This document shows positions 56,188-64,000 of a stretch of DNA of 64,000 bases, piece after piece. The DNA comes from a virus. Position 1 is the first letter of the stretch, and the number at the start of each line of letters is the position of its first letter. The notes beneath the pieces were generated by a model. It was not told where the DNA came from, did not search any database, and was given only the letters and a program-made list of their open reading frames with translations. The stretch lies in IMG/VR virus record IMGVR_UViG_3300044611_001420; one strand, written 5' to 3'. Position numbers and translations under genes: made by a program.

Positions 56188-58360
56188 AGAAGCTTTATTG
56201 AAATCCAATTACATTGGTAAAGATGGTTTTTATTGGTGGATTGGACAAGTAGCAAATCAAAACTCTTGGAAAAGCAAATCTCAGTTTTCGGAGGAAAAGG
56301 GTTCTGACGGTAAAGTGTGGGCAGCAAGATGTAAGGTAAGAATTGTTGGTCATCATACTTTTGATGGTAATGTTCTTCCTGATGATGATTTGCCTTGGGC
56401 ACAGATTATGATGGACCCTGCTTTTGGAAGTGGTCAAGGTGGTATGGGAGCAACAATAAATTTAAAGGGTGGTGAGACTTGCTTTGGATTTTTTATTGAC
56501 GGAGATGATGCACAACAACCAGTCATAATGGGTCTTCTTCATCGTAGTGATGGTGTTAAGAATTTAATCTCAGAAGAGGTAATAGCAAAAGAAAAAAGTT
56601 CTCAATTCAAACCATTTACTGGACATCCTGGAAATAATATCCCAGCAACTCAAAGAAGTGCAAGAAAAGAAAAAGAAATTATTCCTGAAAATCCTCAAAC
56701 AGAAACTTCTCCACTATCAACAAAAGACAAAGTAGATATTGCTTTTAATTCAAATGTTGGATTTTACACTGGGACTACTCGTGTATTTCCTCAGTATGGA
56801 GATAGACTTCAATTTGATGCATCATCTATATGGCAAGTTGCGAAAAAAGCAGATGTAGAAATTACAATACCTAATGGTTGTCAGAATGGATTAATCGGAG
56901 ATATTTCACAAGCTCTTCAGAGCTTTATGGCAATTACAAATGGATTAGACCGATATTTAAATGTTTATGTAGATACTGTATTAAATGAAATTGTAGATAT
57001 AGGAAATCAAATTCGTAATACTGCTAGGTCTATACTTAGTATCGTAAAACTCATTATCAATAATTTAAGAAATACAATTTTTAAATGTATTACTTGGGCA
57101 TTTAGAAAATTAGTCGGTCTTGTTGTTCCACAACCCCAACAAAAGATTGTTTTGGAATCAATGAAGAAAATTCTTGATGGAATTTTTTGTATTCTAGAAA
57201 AACTTCCATCAAGTCTTTTGGATTTTATTACAAATGCTTTACAGGATTTAGTAGATAGAACAGTAAATGTCCCTCTTTGTGCAGCAGAAGAATGGACTGC
57301 TGGAATTCTTGCTAAACTAATGAATGCGATTGAAGATGCATTATCTGATATAATGTCTGGTATTAGTTGGTTGACTGGTGGATTAGGAACAATTTCTGGA
57401 ATTTTAAATCAAGCAAGTTCTTTGGCATCTCAAATTTTTAGCTTTCTTGAATGCACTGGACTTGCTTGCAAGAAACCACATACTTGGGCAGCAAAATTTG
57501 GACCAAGTGAAAAAGAAGCAGATGATTGGAAAAAAATGGTTAGTAATGTTAATGTGTTTAAAACTGCTGCTAAAGCAGGAAGTTCAATAGAAGTTTCTCT
57601 TCGTAATACTCCTTTATATTCTGCAACTGATACTTTTGGGTCTGGATTTGGTGGTTTGATTGATAGAGCACTTAATAATGCATCTTGTGTGTCTAAAGTT
57701 CTTAATCCACAGAATCAGGATGATTTAATGAGAATGCCAATTGGAAGCAGATGGAAAACGTGCATACCACCACAAGTTTATATCACAGGTGACGGAGTTG
57801 GTGCTAAAGCAATTCCAATAGTTGGTGATAATGGTAAGATTTTCTCTGTTCAAATTGCCAACAGGGGAGTTGGTTATACAAATGGAACAACAGATGTAAG
57901 AATTGTTGATAAAAGTAATTATGGTTTAGGTGCAACTGCAAGAGTTGAGGTGAATGAAAAAGATGGTGGTATTGATAAAGTTATAATTCTAAATTCTGGT
58001 GATGGATATTGTAAAGGCAATGTTACAGCACCAGGAATAAGTTCTTCTATAACTGGCACAGTTACTGATGTTGTGGTAGATAAACCAGGATATGGATATA
58101 CAACTGGGGATAAAATTACTGATGGTAAAAATACTTATGAACCAATTATTTCTCCTGGAAGTGGAGCAATTGTAGATGTTAAGTTGCCAACAAATATTAT
58201 AGGAGAATTTAAAACCATTCCCACACTAACTATAAATACCAACACAGGAGTAGGAGCAGAACTCATTCCAGTTATGCAATTTACTCCAAATTATTCTTCA
58301 ACAACTGGTGTTCCAGCAGTCTCTGGAATCGCAGTAACCTCAGTGATAGATTGTGTATGA
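56180..58360 (+). CDS. 5: Baseplate hub gp5 (N-terminal OB-fold; no T4-lysozyme domain seen)
   Basis: G.DGFYWWIGQV, RCKVRIVG.H, LPWA, GFF.DG..AQQPVIMG. Confidence 0.85.
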   Translation: MIEEALLKSNYIGKDGFYWWIGQVANQNSWKSKSQFSEEKGSDGKVWAARCKVRIVGHHTFDGNVLPDDDLPWAQIMMDPAFGSGQGGMGATINLKGGETCFGFFIDGDDAQQPVIMGLLHRSDGVKNLISEEVIAKEKSSQFKPFTGHPGNNIPATQRSARKEKEIIPENPQTETSPLSTKDKVDIAFNSNVGFYTGTTRVFPQYGDRLQFDASSIWQVAKKADVEITIPNGCQNGLIGDISQALQSFMAITNGLDRYLNVYVDTVLNEIVDIGNQIRNTARSILSIVKLIINNLRNTIFKCITWAFRKLVGLVVPQPQQKIVLESMKKILDGIFCILEKLPSSLLDFITNALQDLVDRTVNVPLCAAEEWTAGILAKLMNAIEDALSDIMSGISWLTGGLGTISGILNQASSLASQIFSFLECTGLACKKPHTWAAKFGPSEKEADDWKKMVSNVNVFKTAAKAGSSIEVSLRNTPLYSATDTFGSGFGGLIDRALNNASCVSKVLNPQNQDDLMRMPIGSRWKTCIPPQVYITGDGVGAKAIPIVGDNGKIFSVQIANRGVGYTNGTTDVRIVDKSNYGLGATARVEVNEKDGGIDKVIILNSGDGYCKGNVTAPGISSSITGTVTDVVVDKPGYGYTTGDKITDGKNTYEPIISPGSGAIVDVKLPTNIIGEFKTIPTLTINTNTGVGAELIPVMQFTPNYSSTTGVPAVSGIAVTSVIDCV

Positions 58361-58941
58361 CAACTCCAGACCCACATTTAAGACAGACTGACCATTTTAT
58401 AGAAGCTTGTGGAGTAGAAAGTCCTCATAATGGGAAGATAGACTATTCTTGCACAACAAAAAAAGGTCAAGGATTTATCTATTATGAAAATGGTGATTTA
58501 GATATTGTTGCCGATAAAACATCAAAAGAAGTTGTCGGAAGAAAAATTACCAATGAATCTGAACCAGCAAAAATTATTCGTGCGGAAAATGGAGGAATAG
58601 TTCTATCTGCACCCTATGGAACTGTTACAATTGTTGCAGCAAACATTCGGTTTGTTGCTCTTGATGGGACAGGAGGAGGAGAGATTACATTTCAAGCATC
58701 CAAATTAATTCATCAAGACGCTCCAACGGTCACTACACAAGGAACAAATACAACAACTGCAGCAGCAAATAATGCTTCAGTAACTGGAAGCACTGCATCT
58801 TTAAGTGCGAATACACAAGCAGAAGTTCAATCAGGAATAGACTCCGATAAGTCTTCTGTTTTGGGCAAAATATTAGATGCAATTACTAGGTTTAAAAATT
58901 TCTTTGCTTCCATTTGCTCTGATAATCCTGGAGGCAAATAA
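58357..58941 (+). CDS. Beta-rich spike-like structural protein
   Basis: I.AENGGIVLSA..G.V.I.A.NI; follows gene 5. Confidence 0.55.
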   Translation: MTTPDPHLRQTDHFIEACGVESPHNGKIDYSCTTKKGQGFIYYENGDLDIVADKTSKEVVGRKITNESEPAKIIRAENGGIVLSAPYGTVTIVAANIRFVALDGTGGGEITFQASKLIHQDAPTVTTQGTNTTTAAANNASVTGSTASLSANTQAEVQSGIDSDKSSVLGKILDAITRFKNFFASICSDNPGGK

Positions 58942-59765
58942 TGGCAGATTTTACAGTTGCTAACATTGGAGAAAAACTAATTGTAGGTCAATTGGATATG
59001 TCCTTTTTGACTGCTACTGCAGAAATTACTCCGGGAACAGCAGTTATTAATGGTCCTTGTTATATTGGTTTGACCCCACAGATTGGAGTTGCAAGAGCAA
59101 CTTGTATGATTGGACCACCAGTGCCAGGTCTTACTGTTCCTGCTTCTCTTGAAGTTTCTGGAATCGCAAATTTTGTTGGAGATACAAATACAATAGGAAT
59201 TTCTAAATTTTTGGGTCTTGCTATGAAATTAGCAGCAGATATATCTTCTGCTATAAAAGTCAATTCGGGAGCACACATTTCCACTGCAAACAAAGTAATT
59301 ACTGGAAATCTCAATGTTACTGAAAATGTAACCGCAGTTCGATATTTTGGAGATATTAGTGCTTGTGTCGGAAAAAAAAATTTTGATATTCCACATCCAT
59401 CAAAACCAGGATGGAGACTAAGGCACGTTTGTATTGAAGGTCCAACTGCTGATGTTTTTGTGAGAGGGCAACTTGATAATAAAAATGTTATTGAACTTCC
59501 ATATTATTGGAAAAATTTAGTTGATGTTGAGACCATTACTGTTCATCTTACACCAATTGAAATGCATCAAGAATTATTTGTAGATAAAATTGAGTGGGGA
59601 AATAAAATTTATATTAAAAATAATTCTGGTTCAGCAATTAAGTGTTATTATACTGTTTATGGTGAAAGAAAGGATACATCTAAAAATATTCCAGAATACG
59701 AAGGTACTTATGACGATTATCCAGGTGATAATCGTGAATATGTTTTAAGTGCAATAAGGAGTTGA
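58941..59765 (+). CDS. Virion structural protein
   Basis: K.FDIPHP....RLRH.C.EGP...V..RG and IELP.YW..LV motif seen in phage tail proteins. Confidence 0.6.
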   Translation: MADFTVANIGEKLIVGQLDMSFLTATAEITPGTAVINGPCYIGLTPQIGVARATCMIGPPVPGLTVPASLEVSGIANFVGDTNTIGISKFLGLAMKLAADISSAIKVNSGAHISTANKVITGNLNVTENVTAVRYFGDISACVGKKNFDIPHPSKPGWRLRHVCIEGPTADVFVRGQLDNKNVIELPYYWKNLVDVETITVHLTPIEMHQELFVDKIEWGNKIYIKNNSGSAIKCYYTVYGERKDTSKNIPEYEGTYDDYPGDNREYVLSAIRS

Positions 59766-59768
59766 TAT

Positions 59769-60821
59769 ATGCCAGTACAGGAAATTATTGATGAATATAA
59801 ATCAGAAATTGTTTCACTGGATAATCAAGTAAGTTCTTTGGGTACTTTGGTAGATCCATTGCAATTGAAGATTAATCGTTTTATTAACCCTGTAGCACAA
59901 CTTGATTTGGAAGTTTGCAATTTAACCGTAAAAATTAATCAAAAGATTTATGATATTGGAATTGTTGCAAACAATGCAAATGCTTGCGGATGTGGTTCAA
60001 CTGCAACTCGTACAGAGGTCATTTATGATAGTGTTGGTGCTATAGTCGGAGTTACAACAACAACTTACACTATTGGTAATTATTATTATTACGAACAAGT
60101 TAAAGCACATCGTATTAATGCAGAAAATACTTCATATACTGGAACTGATCCCTATGGACCATATTTTGGAACTGACGGTTCTACAACTTTTACGACTGGA
60201 ATAGGTTATGCTACCACTGTAAATGGAATTGACAATGATTCCATTACAAGTTTAACAATCACAAATCCTGGTTATGGATACACACCAGGAACTTATTATC
60301 GTCAAGAATTAACTGGTGAAATAGGAACTGGTGGACTTGTTGATATTATAGTAGGAAGTGGAGGGACAATAATTACTTCAGTGATTGTGAATAATGGTGG
60401 AACTGGATATCAAACTAATCAAAGTGTTGGTGTTCTTTCATTTCCTGGTGCATCTTTTAACATTTCCCGTGTAGGTTCTCCTATTCTTGGTGTTGGTACA
60501 GATACTTATATTGTTGCAAGTTCTGGTGTAGGAAGTGTTTTTGTTCCCACCGTATCCTCTGGAAATGTGAGTATTTGTTCCACATCTTGTGCGACATATT
60601 CATCTCAATTTACAATATTAAGTAATGATTTGTCATCTCTTCGTGCGAAACGAGATAGTTTATTATCTGGAACCAATCATCTTAAAACAGAATCCAAAAA
60701 AATGTATGTACAAAGATATGGATTCGTTTTTGCACAAGGTGATTTAAATTCAAGAAAAAGTACGGTAAATAGTATTATAGGTACTTTATCTGATTCTACT
60801 TACGGCGATTATTTTGTATGA
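59769..60821 (+). CDS. Virion structural protein
   Basis: Coiled-coil ends around I.NPG.GY repeats. Confidence 0.6.
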   Translation: MPVQEIIDEYKSEIVSLDNQVSSLGTLVDPLQLKINRFINPVAQLDLEVCNLTVKINQKIYDIGIVANNANACGCGSTATRTEVIYDSVGAIVGVTTTTYTIGNYYYYEQVKAHRINAENTSYTGTDPYGPYFGTDGSTTFTTGIGYATTVNGIDNDSITSLTITNPGYGYTPGTYYRQELTGEIGTGGLVDIIVGSGGTIITSVIVNNGGTGYQTNQSVGVLSFPGASFNISRVGSPILGVGTDTYIVASSGVGSVFVPTVSSGNVSICSTSCATYSSQFTILSNDLSSLRAKRDSLLSGTNHLKTESKKMYVQRYGFVFAQGDLNSRKSTVNSIIGTLSDSTYGDYFV

Positions 60822-63562
60822 GTATACTTTTAAGGGATACGAGAACTGGTCTTATAACATCAACCGATTTAATTGAACCTTGGCTTGGATTGTATCTTCG
60901 TGAAAATCCAGATATTGTAAAAGTTGGAATTGCATTAAATGAAAATAAAAATTATTATCCATATTTAAACGATAGTGCTATTGATAGCAACGATCCCGGT
61001 GTGAGTCTCGGATTAGTTTATAATCCTGGTTTGAATAGATTGGGAATAAACACAACAAATCCACAAGCAACACTTGATGTTTTTGGTAATTTAAATGTAA
61101 GTGGTGTTGGAACAATTACAAAAAGATTTGACGTTGGGTATGGTGGGACAGTTTTTACTGTACTTAATAGTGGAGACTCAAATATTGTTGGACTCGGTTC
61201 AACTTATTCTGGAAATGTTGGTATTGGCAGCAACATACCAACACAAAAACTTGATATTGCAGGAAGTATAAAAGTAGATGAAAATATATATGATTCTGTA
61301 AATTATTCTGGAGTTACTGGATATTATCTTTCCCGAGACATTAATGGAATTAGATGGGTTGAAATAACCCCTGCCAGTGCTGCTGGAATTCTTGTTTATA
61401 ATGACTTGTCTTTAATTGGAACTGGACAGTCTTTTTTTGGAATAAATTTTAACACAGGACGAGGTGCTGGTGTTAACACTGATCCAGTTCAGGCATTTGT
61501 AAATTCAAGTAATTCAAACATTGCAGATGTTTATGTTTATGATTATTGGGATTATGTAAATGGAAGTACATCAATCTACAGAAATTCTAATGTTGGAATT
61601 AACAATTCAAATCCTTCTTTTTCTCTGGATGTTGTCGGAACAGCAAGTGTTACTCAGACATTTCAAGTTGGAATTTCAGGCACAGTATTTACCACGACTG
61701 GAATTGGTTCGGTTGGAGTTGGAACCAATTTACCAATTAAAGATGTAGATATTGTAAAGGAGGTTTTATTTCAAAATACAGTAGAACTTAATTCTTCATT
61801 GATTGATATAAACAACAGCACTGCTACTGGAAAATTTGATTATCGTCTTTCTTCTGTAGGAACCGGAGTATCTTGGAGACCTTCTGGTGTTCAAACTCAA
61901 AATATCATATATGTAACCAAAGATGGTAATGATGCAAACAGTGGATTACTTGAAGGTGATGCAAAAGCAACTGTAGGAGCAGCAGCATCAATTGCACAAG
62001 ATGGTGATACAATTTATATACGTCCTGGTGTTTATTTTGAAAATAATCCTATCGGTTTGAGAACTGATGTAACAGTATCAGGACAAGATTTGAGATTAGT
62101 CACAATCGTTCCACAAAATCGCACAAAAGATGTATTTCACGTTCGTAGAGGTTGCTTAATAGAAAATTTAAATTTTGCTGGTGGAGCACCAGGAGATCCA
62201 AATGCAGTTTCAATTGCTCATACTGGATGTGCAGCAGTTGCATTTCCTCCAATAGATATTGCCGACCGTGCAAATACTGGATATATTGCTGCAGGACCAA
62301 CATTAGAAGGTCCATCTGGAAGATGGAGAAGTCCATACATTAGAAATTGTACCAACTTTATGACAAAAAGTATTGGTATGAAGATTGATGGAAATCACGC
62401 AAGTGTTTCAGATCCTATTAATAATATTGGAAATAATCTCAAGTGTATGGTTTGTGATTCATTTACTCAATATAATGAAAATGGTATTGGTGTTTCCATT
62501 ACAAACAATGGTTATGCTCAATTAGTATCTATTTTTACAATTAATTGTGATAAAGGAATTTATTGTGATAGTGGAGGATCTTGCGACCTTACAAACTCCA
62601 ACTCTTCATTTGGTAATTATGGATTGTATGCAGTTGGATTGGGTTCTACAGAATTTACTGGAAAGGTTAATCCTGTTCCTCAAAATTTTGGACCAGTTAT
62701 AACAAGAGTAACTCCTGGTGTGAATGCAAATAGTGATAAAGTTGAACTTACAAATGTAAAGGATGTATATAATGTACCACGAAGACCTTATGATGGTCAG
62801 GCTTTATTTTTCCAGATTAGTAATTTGGATGGGAGATATCCAGATGCAGCAAGTTTCCCAACTTTAACTTTACCGATGGTTAGAGTACAAGAAATTAAAA
62901 TAATAGATGCTGGATCTGGATATAGTGCTTCATCTCCACCTAATGTCCGCATTATTGATAGTAACGATAATACACAACAACCAAAAGGACCTCAAAGTAT
63001 TATAGCACAATTAAGTCCCACAGTAGATACAAATGATGGGAGTATCCTTTCAGTTGATGTTATAAGTAGTGGGAGAAATTATCTACCTACTCAAAATTTA
63101 ATAGTTCAAATTGATTCACCAATTGGTATAGGTACTACTGCAACGGCAATAGTTATTACACAACCAATTTATTATACAGTTGATGTTGCCACTCAAGTTT
63201 CTGTTGGTGGCACAACAACAGTTACATTCAATGAAAGAATTCCTTATGAGTTATATGGTGATGAAGATGTTTCATTAAAAAGAATTAGCAGAATTCTTAC
63301 GAGTTCTCACTCTTTTGAATATATTGGTACTGGCACAAGTATAAATACTTCCACACCTTTTCAGGGGGCAGTTCCTATAAAAGCAAATGAAATTGTTGCT
63401 TTAGATGGGGCACAAGTGCCATTCACAAGTACAGACCAAAAAGGTAATTTTGATATCGGAGAAGGTCTTCAGATTAATCAACCGACAAGAACAATTAGAG
63501 GGAGAGATTTTAGTAGAGCAATTCAGGCAGAAGTTACACCACTGATTTTAGCATTAAGATAG
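60818..63562 (+). CDS. Tail fibre protein with pectin-lyase-like beta-helix
   Basis: VGI.T..P...LDV repeats; YVTKDGND.N.G, PGVY.E..P, SPYIRNCT, DSFTQYN. Confidence 0.75.
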   Translation: MSILLRDTRTGLITSTDLIEPWLGLYLRENPDIVKVGIALNENKNYYPYLNDSAIDSNDPGVSLGLVYNPGLNRLGINTTNPQATLDVFGNLNVSGVGTITKRFDVGYGGTVFTVLNSGDSNIVGLGSTYSGNVGIGSNIPTQKLDIAGSIKVDENIYDSVNYSGVTGYYLSRDINGIRWVEITPASAAGILVYNDLSLIGTGQSFFGINFNTGRGAGVNTDPVQAFVNSSNSNIADVYVYDYWDYVNGSTSIYRNSNVGINNSNPSFSLDVVGTASVTQTFQVGISGTVFTTTGIGSVGVGTNLPIKDVDIVKEVLFQNTVELNSSLIDINNSTATGKFDYRLSSVGTGVSWRPSGVQTQNIIYVTKDGNDANSGLLEGDAKATVGAAASIAQDGDTIYIRPGVYFENNPIGLRTDVTVSGQDLRLVTIVPQNRTKDVFHVRRGCLIENLNFAGGAPGDPNAVSIAHTGCAAVAFPPIDIADRANTGYIAAGPTLEGPSGRWRSPYIRNCTNFMTKSIGMKIDGNHASVSDPINNIGNNLKCMVCDSFTQYNENGIGVSITNNGYAQLVSIFTINCDKGIYCDSGGSCDLTNSNSSFGNYGLYAVGLGSTEFTGKVNPVPQNFGPVITRVTPGVNANSDKVELTNVKDVYNVPRRPYDGQALFFQISNLDGRYPDAASFPTLTLPMVRVQEIKIIDAGSGYSASSPPNVRIIDSNDNTQQPKGPQSIIAQLSPTVDTNDGSILSVDVISSGRNYLPTQNLIVQIDSPIGIGTTATAIVITQPIYYTVDVATQVSVGGTTTVTFNERIPYELYGDEDVSLKRISRILTSSHSFEYIGTGTSINTSTPFQGAVPIKANEIVALDGAQVPFTSTDQKGNFDIGEGLQINQPTRTIRGRDFSRAIQAEVTPLILALR

Positions 63563-63566
63563 TAAT

Positions 63567-64000
63567 ATGGCAGTTTCACCACTTAATACATATTTGACCA
63601 TAGCAGTTCCTGTCGCACCAGGAGAGCAGACTGTTTATACAGTCCCCACTGGACAATCTTCTATTTTGTTATATGCTCAAGTTGCGAATGTTGGAGTCAA
63701 CACTTATCCAATAGTTACACTTACACATAGAAGAACAAGTAGTTCTCAAAGAACAGTAGGGAATACAAGGAATACAAGGATTGCGAAAAATATAGAAGTT
63801 CCTCCAAATGATGTTGCTATTTTGATTGATGGTCGTCTGGTTTTGGAAAAGAGTGCAATTATCACTGACTCAATCGTTCTTTCCGGGATACAATCCGGGA
63901 TTGTTTCAATTTCTACTTGCACTTATGATAATCAAACAGGAATTACAACTGTCACAACAGTAACTCCTCATAATTTTGTAGCAGGTGATGAAGTCACAAT
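63567..64000 (+). CDS. Structural protein, 3'-truncated by the window
   Basis: Reads open from ATG 63567 (MAVSPLNTYLT...) to the window end. Confidence 0.6.
   Translation, partial: MAVSPLNTYLTIAVPVAPGEQTVYTVPTGQSSILLYAQVANVGVNTYPIVTLTHRRTSSSQRTVGNTRNTRIAKNIEVPPNDVAILIDGRLVLEKSAIITDSIVLSGIQSGIVSISTCTYDNQTGITTVTTVTPHNFVAGDEVT

Overview
A 64 kb segment of a T4-like cyanophage (cyanomyovirus; freshwater Synechococcus/Cyanobium-type is an inference). Left to right: (i) endonuclease II-like gene, a secreted lysozyme and a host-type SLH porin; (ii) an AT-rich island of ~24 genes for glycan synthesis and modification (gmd to ugd); (iii) two hli genes, a lysis-type module and a 4-gene minus-strand operon of secreted proteins; (iv) psbA and psbD with a PhotoRC-II-like leader; (v) nrdC, thyX, phoH, exonuclease, genes 33, 59 and 32; (vi) the baseplate/tail module (53, 48, 2, 4, 54, 26, 51, two large muralytic hub proteins, 27-like, 5, fibres) with cp12 embedded. 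No tRNA, rRNA, CRISPR or reverse transcriptase was seen. Most notable: a repeated cassette gene family with conserved late promoter, N-terminus and C-terminus around unrelated basic middles, each copy next to an endonuclease gene; a circularly permuted cyanobacterial-type amidase in a baseplate protein; a split gene 53; two lytic enzymes sharing an N-terminal domain; and sigma70 promoters whose -35 box lies inside terminator hairpins. All family calls come from recognising motifs by eye; no searches were run.
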